In this document: positions 11,931 to 26,537 of the stretch, in pieces
Numbering within the stretch: the first letter of the stretch is position 1
Layout: each line of letters opens with the position of its first letter
NCBI RefSeq assembly: GCF_036321535.1
Contig: NC_087437.1
Span: 107,076,001-107,140,000, forward strand
DNA from: Camelus dromedarius
Taxonomy: Eukaryota
Reading direction: 5' to 3'
Length of the DNA stretch: 64,000 nucleotides
The notes under the pieces: generated by a model
What the model was told of the DNA's origin: nothing
Database searches by the model: none
What the model saw: only the letters and a program-made list of their open reading frames with translations
Program-made: the position numbers and the translations under genes

Positions 11931-14900
11931 GTGAGAAGTGTTAACAATTATAAATCTGAATGAAAAATGTGAATATATTCTTATCATATTAACTGTCCCA
12001 TCTGTTTTCATCCATCCATTCCCCTGTTTAACACTATAGGCTTTATGGTGAGCAAGTCTCTGCCCTCCTGGAGTTGGCAGCGTCAAAGAACTTGGCCACT
12101 ACCCCAGTCCCAAAGGTACAGCAAAGTAAACTCATTTCTGATACAGAGTAGATACAACTATGAGACCTAGATATTACACGTTCCAAAACATATAGCAAAT
12201 GAAACCAGCCTTTGGTACAGAGTAGATACATACAATTATGAGATCTCGATATTGTACGTTCCCTGGTTTGTTTTTTCAGTCACTCAACAAATATTTATCA
12301 AGTGCTTGGCATAAAAAGGCCACTCTGCAAAAGGAAGTTTCAAGTTCTGACAATCGTTCAAAGCTAAGAGCTCTGACATCATCCTCTCTCAAACAAAGCA
12401 ACTATTATAAATATACCAGAAGAGGCTTTACGAAGGCTTCTCTAGAGAAGGGTTCTTAACCTAGGGCGTGTGCAGTGGCTCCGGGAGTCTGGGACTTCCT
12501 GGCAAGTGCGTGAAAAATTGTGCATGTCTGTGTGTCTGTGTGTTTGGTGGGGAGGGGAGAGGGTTCATTGTTTTCATTCTGTTCAAAAAAGAGTCAATGA
12601 TTCACCAAAGATTAAGCCTGAAAACTTTAGGGTATTGCGATTGGCAATGCCGAAGATCTTCCTTCTTCGTTTCTACGTTTGGCACAGGCAGCTTTCACGT
12701 GGGGTTGAGTGAATGATGCTGCCAATTACTTGGATTCCTCCCTTGAGTTATTGTCATGGCATCACACTTACTTACTCGCTATCATGGTGAATTCTCTTCT
12801 GTCCACTCAGCTCTCACGCTGTGGACAGTCACAACTGCTGCTGCTAAACCACGTACCACGTGACAAAGGATGATTCAGAAATAGACAAGGCAGAACCTGA
12901 AGACAGCCCAGGAGGCTTCTGTGGTTGTCTGACCTTGGAAAATTGTCCTTGTGATAGTCCTACTCCATCAGTGGTCCTCTATTATAAGTCACGTGGGAAA
13001 AGAAGGTACCAGGAAAAGGGATGGGGCGAGGGCCATATTTAAAGCAAGGACCTATGTGTCTCACATGAAAGAAATCAATCAACTGATGAGAGAAGTAGAC
13101 GAGATGATATTCTTCTCCAGAGGCTGAATAAAGAACCACTTCCTTCTTGCTCTGTGCTCACCTTTAGAAACACCTCCAACCCAGAGTCCGGAGAGTCTTA
13201 CTGTTTACTCTTCCGTCTGTTTCTGAGAAAAGCATCAGGAGAGAACATGCAGTCCCCTCCGTGGAAGGTGCCGCCCTCCATCCCAGGTAGCCCATCCCCC
13301 ATCAGATCTCAGACTAGAAGGACTCCGGCTACTCTTTAAGAGCCTCTTCCAAACTCTGGGACAGCCCACCCCGTGGACGTCTACAAGTGGGCGGGGGGTG
13401 GGTGATGTGCTGTATGGAGATATGCAGGTACGCTCTCTACACTGCACTGCACGCAGGTTGTGAGCTGAGCCAGTTCGTGGCTTTGGCATGCACATTTTGC
13501 TGCTCCACTTGAAAGAGTTCCCATGTCTCTCTTTCCCAGGCTCAAGCTTTACTCCATCACTTGTCACGTCCCTCCCCTTACACCCAAACCCATCTGCTTA
13601 AATTCCCTGAGCTGGACATGAGCAGATGCTATGTCTTTGTCTATTCATTTTATGACTTAAAATCCATCTTCTTTCACTAGACTTATGGTATCAGGAACAG
13701 ATAAAATGAGGGAGATAGAGAAAGTTAGATAACCATCAATTGTCTTCTTACAGCTTGGTTTCCGAGTGACCTAGTTGGAAAGGATGAACACAGTTTGTAG
13801 AAAAGCCATGATTTTACAGTATTTGAGGATTATGAAAATAGGACAGGAAAGATCCTGCATTTTTTATTAGGACTTGAGTGTGCGTGTTGGATGAACTCAC
13901 TTTTGTAAAGGGCTCCGGATCCACTCTGTGATCTATCCTTCCTGTCTTCCTCGGCCTCCAGGATCACGTGATCATGCAGGATGTTACTTTCATTGTAATC
14001 CATCTGGAAAGTTTCCAGAAGACTGAGAAAGAGAAAATGCAAATTGGGGAGTTTACTGAATATCATCTAGTTTTATAATCCATCGAAAATGGATCTGCGC
14101 AAATGGCCAGATAAGTCCACAGCCAGGTCAGGGTCCCACGCTCCGTTCAAATTCTGTTTTCTCATCAGTGGCCTTCTCATGACAGAGCCCTGGAGAAGCA
14201 CTGCGCGTTTCAAACATCACAATATCTGCTGCGAGCCAGGGAGAGAGACTTCAGAAGAAAACTACTGTGAAACGAGGATGCAATTACCTCAAATTAAAAG
14301 CAGTTACATGATTAACTTCGTGTCCCATCACCACAGCCTCAGGGCATATTGGAAATGTCCCGTGATTTGTTACCATTCACACGTTCTGTCCTAGTAACAG
14401 AGCTTTTAAAAAGAAAACGTCACGGCCCCAAATTTTAAGATATTTGTTCCCTCCATGCTCAATTCCTGATTTGAAATAGTACAAGGGAAAAAAAAATCTC
14501 AATTGAAACTGAATGCATTGGCAAACTAGAGGTTATCGAAAGAGAAAGAAAATGATGGGAATTTTCTACAAGTGCTGGTGGGGAGAATTACGCAACTTTC
14601 CACTATGCAGACTTCTGTGATTGTAACTTCTGATACCTTTTAAGGAGAAAATACTGTCGGCTGCAACTTGAGAGCTTTTATGAGACCCATGAAAGGGTTT
14701 TTCCTGCATTCACATCTGTCTTCGCTTGCTGGGTGTGTGCTGTACATTTCACGCTAGTTAGCTACATCTAAGATGTTAAAGACTCGTTTAAATCAAGCAA
14801 ACGAATGTATACTTAAGCCAGAAATATAAAAAAAGTTACACTGAGCTTCTTAGTCTTTATTATTTCTGTCTGTTATTCTCAATAGTAAGTGAGCAGAAAT

Positions 14901-17900
14901 ACCAACATGTGCAAAATCATAGACTTTAAACCAGGCTTATTTATTTAAGCAGATGGGAACAAGAATGATCTATTTCAAGTGACTTTTTAGACACTGTCAC
15001 TGTACTTACCTTTCTAAGGAGCTGAATGAATCCCTCAAGAAGTATGCGTTTTTGTTTTTTTTTTAATTTTTTTGACCCTTATATGCCCAGGCAGTCAGTA
15101 TCACGGAATCATAGAAACTTTGGTTTGATGACGATTTCACCAGGAAATCAAACATGTTTTTGATAATCACCTCTCTCAGATAATCCACATCACAATCTTT
15201 GCTATTTCATATTATTTGCTCATCGATATTTGCTCATCAACTGAATTTTCTAAAGAATCAATATTTCCAATAGAAATTCATCTGTTAACACCGGATACAT
15301 GACATTTTGAGTCATACATGTTGATCTAATCTTTGGTGAATATTCCATAGTTTTTAATCTCTCAGATACATTTGTTGTCTCGAGTTGATCATACTTAACA
15401 TGATAACCATTAGAATGAAAACTAAGAAATTGAATCAATCACCAATCAGCCAGATCTTGTATACTGTGAATACCCAGTCACAGATCCCTATGTAATTCTG
15501 TGGGAAACAGAGATTTGTGGGTATGTAGCCATTAAGTACAAAGATTCCTCTTGAGGGGATATCATTTTTTTATTGCAATGAAATACCATGTACTATATAA
15601 TTGGCAATGTAATTTGAGCTTTGATACAATAATTTTTGTTTTTATGTTTGGAATTATTAACATTATTATTCATGTTTGAATCGAACAAATATGCCGAATT
15701 GCTGAATATCTTATACAGTTCTCCGTTTGGCATGGCACCACTTGAATTCTGGAGTCCAAAAGATGTCTTGGAGCATGTGAGGGCTATCTGACTGTGCTTT
15801 CTGTCACCCCATTGATCGCCAGGGTTGATCTGGCTGATCTGGCTGGCTAGGCGGGGGTCCCCCCTCCACAACTGCAAATGCATCCCTCCCTAACCTGCGC
15901 ACTCGATGGAAGAGGAAGTCCTTCCCCAATAGAGGAGGACTGTTCTTCAGTCAAGGTCAAGGGTATACGAGGAGCTGTGCTCCATGCTAGAACATCCAAA
16001 CAAGCTCTCAAGGTCCATTTGTAGGAGAACGTAGGGTAGTCAAGCTTCCGAGACTCCAGACACATCTAAATGAGGTGTTGCGCGTGGCAGTCTGCCTTTC
16101 TTCAGGAAAAAAAGAACTCTTAGAATATTTATAAAACTCCACAACTGTATCAACAATAATATTTGGGACATCTATCCCTAAGCTGTGCCCTGCCCTCCCT
16201 ACTCCCTCTGCCTTTATTCCCACCCTGCCTCCCTCCTCCGCCCCTCCTCCTCCGCCTTCCAGCTTTAGCTTAATTCACTCACTCGCTCCTTTGTGAATTG
16301 GGAGGAAATTTTTTGTTTTCTTCTGAAGCCAATTAACATTTCTTAATTTGACAAAGTGCAGTTGGGATTAGCAGCAGCAGAAAGCATTGTGCACCTGCCT
16401 CCATTCATCTGTGAATGTACTTTAGAAGTTGCTTTTGTAATACTGCCTGGTGGCCCTTTCATCTCCTTCCCTGCCTTGTTTTATCTCACTGTTTCACCCT
16501 TTCCTGCAAATGTCTTCCCCTGACTTAGCAAAGAATATCTCAGAAGAAACAAACCATACATGCAAATGTGAATAATGATTTTTGGAGGGGTATGTTCTGG
16601 CCAATTTTTTTTTAATCATCTGCAAATACAGTTTCTCAGATTCCCCTACCCTGCAGTTTTCAGAATTTATTCTTTCCTTTGATATTACGTATGGCATTTA
16701 TGGCACTTCTTCTCCAAAGTGACCACATCAAGAGCATCCCTTTGATGGTACCCAAAGTCTCTTCACAGACTCCCAGGTGGAAAATTGTGCCTGTAGCGTT
16801 TTGGCTTTCTTCCTCTTGGTAGGAGGCTGCGCTCCTGGGACTTAAGCTCTCAACTGAGTTAAGCAAATTGTTGCTGAGTATTCTAGAACGTAATGGCTTA
16901 AAAGAATTAATGCACACAGTCATGGCACAGCTAATTCATTCAACTCTGGTCGTTGACTGACTATCAGACAAATAGGGAGGGCTCAATACATAAATACCGA
17001 GTGAATGAACCGATTCGCATTCACTCAGGGAAACAACTTTGGCGTGCACGCGAGTGGGTCTGGCATTAGCGAGCGTAAGCTCTCGAGTCAAACAAAATGA
17101 GGTATTATCGACTGAATACCCGGCACCTGCTATAGAGCTGAGTGCACAGTAAGTGATCTATGCGCATTTGATGGATGGAAGTCATTTCCCATTCCCACCG
17201 CATCTTAGATGTCTTTGGTCCGTTGACTCAACCTTTTGCCTGTCAAGGGATTCTAATTAATGCCAACAACTCCTGCCAGCAAACGGGGGTGTGATTCAAA
17301 ATATTTATCACTTGGTACAGGGTGTGCCTCAGCCAGTCGGCATCAGTGCTGGCTGGAAACCACCTGGACAGCTGTCCTGGGGATTACCTGCTAAAAATTC
17401 AGCACTGCCTGCCAGCCCCACTGTCTCAAATCCTCCTCGATGTCCAGTGGCCTCTAAGAGGATGTTCTTCCTGGCTATGAAAAGATCTAGCCCCTAAACC
17501 CTTTTTTTTCTTCTTCTTCTTTTCACCAGCCATCTTAGAAAAATTCCTGGGAGATTGGTCAGAATCCATGTAATCATCATTAATTTAGCAGTTCTCTAAA
17601 AGGTAACCTAGAGTTCATCCAGCTGCAGTTTATTCCATTGATCACAATAACCCACCCCACCCAGAACTTTCCTCATGAAAGGAATCTTCTTGGAGTGGCC
17701 ATCTGGAGCGTATTATCCTAATCAGAGTGTGTGGCGCATACAAGGTGCAGACGCTGTTTCCACTGCAGAGTCACGCTCACTCCTCTTGGACGCGCTGTCC
17801 TCTTTCCTTTCACCTCTCTCTTGCTTTTATCTCCGCTGAAGGGGTATTTGATGGCTTCACTGAAATTTAAAAAAATAGGACGGCAATAAATTTTATTTTA

Positions 17901-18739
17901 TTTTTCTGCGTAACACACTTGTCTGAAAACTGCTGCCCCCTTTTAAGCCCATTAGGCCCAGGGACAGGGAAGGGGGAAAGTGAAAAACAAAAAACCTTCC
18001 TCCTTGGAGATAATTATATAAACTGGAAAAGCTTCCACTCCAGCTTGGATGTGACCTATTTGCCAAACTGCAGACCGGTGGCCCCAAACTGAGCTTACCA
18101 TTTTTCTCTATGCTTGATTTCTGGGGCTTTTTACACAGATATCTACATATTCTCATGCATACGTGTAAATAAACAACTTTGACGTTCAATACAGTACAAG
18201 GAATGTAAAAGCACAAAGTTGCTGGCAAATGTGAACGGACAACTGGGTTATTAAAACATTTCTTTTTTTGATATTTCTAATTTAGTATCACTAGAGCTAT
18301 GGAATTTTGATTCTCTTCTTCTTGTTTATGACTTAGATAAGGGACGAAACATAATATTTATCAAGTGTCAATCAATTCATATGTTAGAATATTTTTATCC
18401 CCATGTCTATTGCTCTGCTATAAAAAGAAAAAATAATAAAAGGCAATACATGCAAATACGGTGTTCTGTCTTTCAAATTAACATGTCCTCTTCCAGAGAT
18501 CCCAAGTAATAATGAGTATTTCATCTTTGTCCTGTGCCACGGGGTGATTGAGCAAATACTGGGTGCTTTTTTTTTTAGGTCATTCTGTGACCAATTGAAA
18601 AACAGAAGATTTAGGTTTATATCAGCTAAGGAAGAGGACATAGCTTATTTAGAATAGTAGAATATGTTCCAGACATATGCATTTAGAATCCAGTAGTCTA
18701 CAAATGGACCAAAAAATAAAATAAAATAAAAAAACACCA

Positions 18740-19070
18740 AATAGTGGGTGGCTTAAATAAGTAAAAGATTTTCTCATATGCCCAAAAGTCCAGGAACTGA
18801 GAGTCCAGTGCTTTTGTAAGTGTCAACCATGCCACTGAGGAACCAGGCTCCTTCAATTGTCTTGTACCACATTTGACCTCATGGGCACAAAATAACTTTG
18901 TCAATGCCGGCCATCACATCCTCATTCCAGACAGAAAGATGAGAGCAAGTATAAAGCACCTACATACAATTTTTTAATTCTCATACAATTTTTTAGTTCT
19001 CACTTAAGAAGAATTCTGTGTCACGTAGACCAAAACTGTTTCACAAGGTCACCCCCTAACAGCAAGCAAA
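18740..19070 (-). mobile_element. Old MLT1-type LTR fragment
   Basis: gtggcttaaataag...aaaagtccagg...catcacatcctcattccagacag pattern. Confidence 0.5.
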
Positions 19071-22000
19071 AATGAGAACTTTATCTTAAAATTTGGTAAA
19101 CAGGAATGAATGGATTAGAAATAAGAGTTAAATGAACCAGCTCATAATATTTGCCACTTAGGCCTCTGACCAACAGTAGGCAGCTCTTTATGGATATAAC
19201 ATGTGTTTCCTCAGACCACACAGGTTTTAGAACAAAAATATGAGTCACGATTAAGTCTCCCTGAGTTTTTCTCTGACTTCTCCCCCACATTCTAATCCAG
19301 ACTTACAAGAACCTTCATCGTGCCTCCTAAATATTTCTGCAAGTCTCCAGAGGAAGTCTTGTGGTATTCACAGACTCAGCTCTGATTTATAACATGCATG
19401 ACCACGCATGACCATTCTCCTTTCCTCCTCAGCTTCACATAGTAATCAGGGGTCGAGGTGTTAGATGTTTCTAAAAGTGCTACAATTACAATACAATAAT
19501 AATCTATATGTAACCGCTATAACCTATTGTTTCTTGTTGCTGCTGCCATTGGCAAGATTGCCTTGGGCCGCTTCTCTGTAGAAGTGGTCCCACAGCATCC
19601 AAACCATGGTCCAGCTGATGGTAACAGTCTTCCTCTGGAGTCTGTGTGGTGAAGACCTGTCAGAAGTGGTGAGCGTCCCTCTCCTCACCTCTGAGTTCCA
19701 TAGGTCATGTCATCCTTTTTTGTACTCTCCTTGCAGAGGTCTGGTTGGAAATTTTCTTTCCATTTCTAGTCTGGGCCACTCTATAGAGTGCCAGTACCAT
19801 TGCACAAGACTTGGCCATGGAACATACAAGTAACAGAGTGCCTGCCATATTCAAATTCCCTCTCCCTTCAGTTCTTGGGACAACTTTCTTGGACCAACTT
19901 CATATGCTTTAACTTTTCTCTCTGGGTGATTTTTCATCATAGGGAGCCCTTATAAGCCTCATGCCAACTTCCCACAGAGACCGGACCTCCTCCGGGATCT
20001 ATCCAAATCAAGAGGTAAATTCAGTTTAGGCTAGGATTAATAAACCAGAAGTAACCATTGCTAAGTACGATGCATCTTTATCTTAACTCCATTGTCCATA
20101 GCCATCCACACCTGTCCATAGTTCAGGTTGTCAGAATAATTTGCTACTCAAACTCCAGTCTCCACACACATTTACGTTTAAGCTCTGCACCTCTTATGCC
20201 AAATCAATGTAGTAATACTCTTGAAATTCTGAGCCAAACAGGTCCAGAATGTTTACTTACACAGAAAAATCACAGCTTACTGTTTTAGATCTGTTTATAT
20301 CTCTGCATGGAGAAGAAATTTGTAGATGTCTACGTAGGACAACTTTGTTTTTGCAAACTTCCTTCAGGCCAGTTCAAGGTGATCCCACTAGGGGATGCTT
20401 GATAAAGTGACAGAGAAAAACTGCACCCTTGTTTCTCCTCCTATCCTCAAACCTGGAATTTGAAGTCCCAGAGGAAATATCTGGGAGTGTTGTAAAACCA
20501 AGGCTTAGAGGTCAGAGATGAGAAAGAAAGGGAAGGAGAAACCAGAGCCCTAGCTGTACCTCACCCCTCCTAGAGCACAGCTATAAAACGAATGATGCAG
20601 ACCTGTGCTGAATCTGCCTGCCTTAGGACTGTCATTAAATCCACATATGAGAATCTAAACCGAAGTTAAAAATACACATGGAGATCAAACTGAGTAATGA
20701 CAGGTATTAATACAATATTCAGTGAGTGCCCACCTCCGCGTGTAAATTGAATTTTCAGCCTTCCTGGCCTGAGGGAAGCAACTTGGGAGATTATATGCCC
20801 AGAAAGAGAACAAATGAGATCATATTTTTGAACATACCACACCAATAAATTCTCCTGGGCTCAGCATCTCATCTCTGTGTTCAGTCACCTCCAGAAAGAT
20901 CAGAAAATGTATGTAAACTGGTAAAATGTGACACTATTGAGTTTGGGGGAGGGTGGGCATTCTGGGGTAACACTTTTTTTTTCTCCAGTTCTAAAACCAA
21001 ATCTTTATTCTCCAGTTGGAAAGGGAGGGTAAATGGATGTTATGGTAACATCTTTTCAATAGTCCTTTTAAAATCAGAAGCGCCTTGAAATAGAAGACTA
21101 GGAGCAACACAGTGTCTCTAGCACCTACCGTTAGATTTCAGTACTGGACTCCTAGGATCTTCCCAATAACTGAGCTCCCAAGCCTTGGTTAGAGACCTTG
21201 CCAGGTCAAGGGCCACACCTTTGCTCCTTTTCAACCTCAGGTAAATTATTTCTTCCATGGAATGACTTTCATTTTTTTGACATGTAACCTTCCAAAATGC
21301 TAAAAGAAACAGGAACTTTGAGATAGATAATTCATCTCAGATGGGCTATGCTATTTATTTCCAGAAACTAGTTAAATAAATTGTTTTTTCTTCTTTACTC
21401 TGACTATTGGGACAAAAGCCTTATTAATAAAATGTGTGCTACTGGAAAGGAAAGACACCTTTGTTACTTAATACATGTGTGGCCATTTATATTTGGCATG
21501 CCGAAATGTCATGAAGAATGGGGAAAAATATAATTCACGAACAAAATGCATTTTTATGCTACTGCCCCCTTGCCAAATTAAGTATTTCGGTTGGAAATTT
21601 ACGGTGGAGGCTCACTGTGGAAAAAAAGAAATCAAACTGTCTTGAGAGTTTGCTTTCATCATCAAAGATCTATTACGCATTTGGATGAATCAAGTCCTGA
21701 TCTGGTAGCAGACAATATTCTTGCTTTGCACAACCAATGCGGAATTGGTTAAAACTCCATCTTTGTCTAGAAACTTCTTTCTCATTTTTTTTCAATATTC
21801 AATTTTGAGGCAGCCAGAAGGGATGGAAAAATCCATCATCTGCATCAGAAACAAGGCTTTCTTGAACTTACCTAAGCGATGCTCTCTTGATGGGCCTTTC
21901 CTGTCCAAATCTATTTATGAAGATTCATTAATCTCCAGATTTTGACAGAGAGGAAAATTACAATAGTTTTTTTTTTAAGTGCTGAAAAAAAATGCCTGAA

Positions 22001-24474
22001 GTTTATTGGTCGTTAGTTTTGTTGTAAGGACAGTGCCGTTTCAACTGCGGCCACTGAAGATGTGGTCCACTTAGTCAAAAGAGAAACAAACAAACAAAAA
22101 ACAACTTTGTAATCACAATTTTTTTTTTTTGCTGAGTATTAGATATTTAATTTGCTTCTTTTAATTTGGAAAAAAACTTACTTTTAAACACTCCGATTTT
22201 TCTAAACTGAAGTTAAAAATACATATAGAAGTAGCCACATTTCTTTGACTTAGTCAATCACCAAGGTGCTGAAAGCTTCTTGCGCGTTGCTCACACAACG
22301 ATGTGGTGGGTGAATAACAAAGACTCAATTCTATTTCTCTCCATGCATCCTATGATGACAAAATTTGATATAGGTCAACAAGAAATACTCATTAGATTTA
22401 GTAGTTGTTTTTATACTAAGTCATACTGAGTTCTTTTATACTAAGTTATACTAAACGGTGTTTTGCTTAAAGGTCATAAGGAATTTTCTGTGACAAACAT
22501 TCAACATAAAAGTATTTCCTTCACTCTTCACATGCATGCTTCAGATATTCACAGACTATGCTTCCATTTTATAGGCTCTTTAAAAGGCAGAATGGTGGGG
22601 AGTCAACAAATTCATTGCTATTTTATGCTGTAGAAATTGTCTTTCATCTTCACTTATCTTTATGTCCAAGGTCAAAGCCACTCCCACTGAAACTCCCAAA
22701 CTACACACCATAAAAACCCAAACTAGACCCAAATAAACAAGAGCTTGAAATGCAAGAGCTTGAAATGTGTGTTGAAAACATCTGGATGACACTGTCTCTT
22801 CTCCCCAGCTGTGCTCTAAACTTGTCACTTAATGTTCATATAAATTTTGAGCAAGGTTTGAGGTCTAAATGTTTATTTCTGGTCCCTGTGATGTGCACAT
22901 GTGATTTTTGCCCAAGTATTCATCACCACAATGCAGTATGATAAGAAAAATAAATTTAAATCTGCCTTGCCTCAGTTTCATTTTCTATTATATGCATGCT
23001 AGCACCTGTTTTAATGATCTTAGGTCTTTTTATGAGGATAAGAAGAACTTATTTTAAAAGAATCATATGAAGAAAACAAATGCAAATTTTTATGCGTGGC
23101 ATGCAAAATTGTATCTGTTGAGCTTGGAAGGAAGGCAGCTATGCTCACCACGATACCACCAACGCTGCACGTATCTGATGAGCTTGGCGACTGAATGTGA
23201 TCATGTTTTCACCACCAGAACTCTCACTGTCATGGGCAATGTAATCCAAATATTTTCATTCCCAGTGAAAGAGTCAGGAATAAATAAGACACACGCTGCA
23301 TGTTAATTCCGGCCATGGAGTCTGAGCATGACAGAGATTTACACGAGGAAATCTGGTTTGGTGTCAAGCCCAATCAAATGAAAAGATGTTTGCTGATGGG
23401 CTGTGTTCCCTGCTGAGAGAGTAGTTTGACTTTGGACAAAATAACATTCAGCTTCAGTTTCTCTTTGAATACGTTACTGCTCCTGGATTCCCTCTAATTT
23501 GAACCTTGTAGGGGTCATTTGTGCCTCTGTCATCTCTAATACTCTGCACTTCAATGACTCATACTTCATGCTGCCAGGATGACCACCCAGAAGTCCTGTT
23601 TATGTAGGACTTGGCTTTGGCAGAGAAGTTCATCTTAAGTCCCGAACAGCTGAGCTGGGAGTTCCACAATGGTCTCCTGTTTGTTTCTGGGCATGGACAG
23701 AAAATGGTCACCTACAAGGACTGATAACCTGCTGGAAGTTCGTCTGTTGGAATTCTCTTCTCATTGTACACATTGGACTGTGCTATAGTGGGCATGCATT
23801 TTCTAGAGTAGGGTCTTGGTGGGAAATAATGTACATGTCAGGCAAGCCAACCTACATAAGAGTAAGGAAGTTGAGATGAAAAGTTTCTAGAAATAATCCA
23901 TCAGCCAATTTACACATTCAATTTACACTTTGTTGCTGCTCCTTCTACTCTTTCTATCTGATTTTATAGTCTTACTATTTTAACCACTAAACTATTAGAA
24001 AGCCAATGGGCCCTGACTGGTTAAGTCAATCATGATGATACTTTAAGACTTGGGGAAGAGATTAATGAATACCCTTTCAATGAAATGCAAGAGCCTTTGG
24101 AGATTATGTAATCCTGCAGGAGTGTGTGTTCTCATCTTTGATTATGTTCCTTTCCAACTCTGTAGAGATTAAAAGCTAACTTGTAGAAACTGATAGAAAT
24201 GGAAATAGTTCTGTCCATGCAAAATGCAAATTGTGTTCCTTGGAGTGCAATTGATAGCCCTGAGTCTATTAAGCAGTTTTGCTAATTACACCCATTTGTA
24301 AATTTATTTCAACATTTTTATCATAGATGTGTAATACTTTGAGTTCTTTGAATCTGTTATTACATCTCATTGGTTCCCTCGTTAATCTATGGGGTAAATA
24401 AAATCCTTGACACATATTCATTTTATATTTGTATGGGAATCATAATTTTATCTTCTTTTAAAACTCATCCTTTA

Positions 24475-24476
<2 letters not shown>

Positions 24477-24507
<31 letters not shown>
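24477..24507. repeat. (TA)n microsatellite
   Basis: About 15 TA units. Confidence 0.95.
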
Positions 24508-24511
<4 letters not shown>

Positions 24512-24857
24512 AAGCTCTTCATCAGTTTTTTATAAAATATTTTAATTTACTATAGCAATTATTTGATAAGTTCAAGATAAGTATCAGAGAGACAAAGATG
24601 AGGGATTGTCAGTAGGCCACCGTTAGGGGCAGAGGTGACAAAGCTTCTAGAATTGACACTTAGAGAATTCAAGACCCTGGGGGGAGTGGGTGGAATAGAA
24701 GAGACTGGTAAGTTGATACAGTACCAAAAGTAAACTTAATATCAGAATATCATTTTTAGCAGACCCCATGTATTTAAGTATCATATTCATTTTAAATTTA
24801 AATAAACTTAACTTTTAAAATTTGTACTTAGCTGTATTTCTCCTGTATAACTTCTAG

Positions 24858-25380
24858 GGTAGTAGATTGTATCTTCCCAAATGACGGCAACGATCTCTCC
24901 TATTTCACATACTCTGCTCACAGTGTAATGTTGACAGCTGTCCCAGTGAGAGGTGGGGAGTCTGTGACCCTTCCTTTCCTTTGAATCTGATCTAGATGAA
25001 CCCATGACTGTGACTTCCAAGGCTATGTCATATGAGGCATTCTCTTGGAACTATTGCTCTTGAAATCTGACTACCATGTTGTGTGGAAACCCAAGGAGCT
25101 TAGAGAGCGGCCCGCTAGAGAGGCCCATGTGAGGAGGAATAACCCACGGCCTCAGATGAGTTCCCAGCTGATAGCCAGCATTCAAGCTCCCAGGCCCCCG
25201 GGTAAGTCATCTGGGAAGTGGCTCTTCGGGTTCTGAGTATTAGCTGATGCCTCATAGACAGAGAGAAGCCTGTCCTATGAAGATATGCTCAAACTGCAGA
25301 CTTGTGAGCTAAGTAAATGATGGTGGATTTAAGTTACTCCATCTTTAGATGATCGGTTTGTAGCAATAGACAACCAACAT
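24858..25380 (+). mobile_element. MLT1-type LTR
   Basis: gtagtagattgtatcttcccaaatgacggcaac...aactgcagacttgtgagctaagtaaatga...tagcaatagacaacc. Confidence 0.7.
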
Positions 25381-25967
25381 GTCTTGCTGTACCACGTGTT
25401 TTGGAAAATTTGCATTTTGAATATTTCTAATGAATTAAAACTTCTCTAGTAAAGAAGTATGCAGAAATGACTATAATATATTAAGTTGACCCATATGAAT
25501 TGAGAAATGGTGACAAATGGGAAACCCCTAGGCCTATATTCTTCTCTGTCCAGTTGGAATTTAATAAATGTTTTTTGACTGTAATCATACGGCCATTTCA
25601 AGAATAAATTCAGAAGGATTGTTTGCAATCACGACTATTATTCATGAATAAATACTTGGTGGAAAGTTCTTGTGTGTGTCTTTGTGTGGGGGTGTATCCT
25701 CGGAGGGACTTATGCTGCTCCCTACAGTGTGTACTGTGGCTCATCCAGTTCTTACTGGCTCAGCATACAGACGCCATCATTGTCTTGAGACCCTCAAAGT
25801 TCTCATTCAGCAGATTTCTTTATCTCCTTCCAACATTATCCCTGGTCTAATCATCTTTTTCTTCCTAAATTCAGGATATCTTTGCCAAACTCTGATAGCT
25901 ACTCATTTTCCTCAGCCCCCTTTGCAAGCTCACTTGGCTGCCCAGAAAAGAGGAACTATTTCATTGC

Positions 25968-26537
25968 AGTAAAATATGTGACACCAAATTGACAATTTTA
26001 ATCATTTTAAGTATATAGTTCAGTGACGTTAAGTACATTTCACATTATTGCACGACCATCCATCTCCAGAACTTTATCATCTCAAACAGAAACTCTGTAT
26101 CCAATAAGCAGTAACTCCTCATGGCCTCCTTCTCCCGGTCCTTAGGAAAATCACTCTGCTTCCTATCTCTATGAATTTTTCTACTCGGAGGACCTCACAT
26201 AAGTGGAATCATATAATATTTGACCTCTTGTATCTAGCTTACTTCACCCACATAAGGTCTTTAAAGTTCATCCACGTTGTAGTGTATATCAGAATTTCAT
26301 TCCTTTTGCTGCTTGAATAATATTCTATTATATGTATACACCACATTTTGTTTATTCACTCATCCATTGGTGGACATTTGGGTTATTTCTACTTTTTGGC
26401 TCTTGTGAATAATATTGATATGAATATTAGTGTACAAGTATCTATTCGAGTTCTTGCTTTCCATTCTTTAGGGTATATACCAGGAAGTACAATTGTTGGA
26501 ATACATGACAATTCTGTGTTTAGTTTCTTGAGGAAAC
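25968..26537 (-). mobile_element. L1M (L1MB-like) 3' region
   Basis: catttacattattgcac-like start, aagtggaatcatataatattt, ccacattttgtttattcactcatccattggtggacatttgggtt. Confidence 0.85.

Noticed and set aside
19540..20050. Possible retroviral coding relic or pseudogene
   Set aside because: I found no recognisable protein motif; it may be an ancient LTR but I cannot support that.
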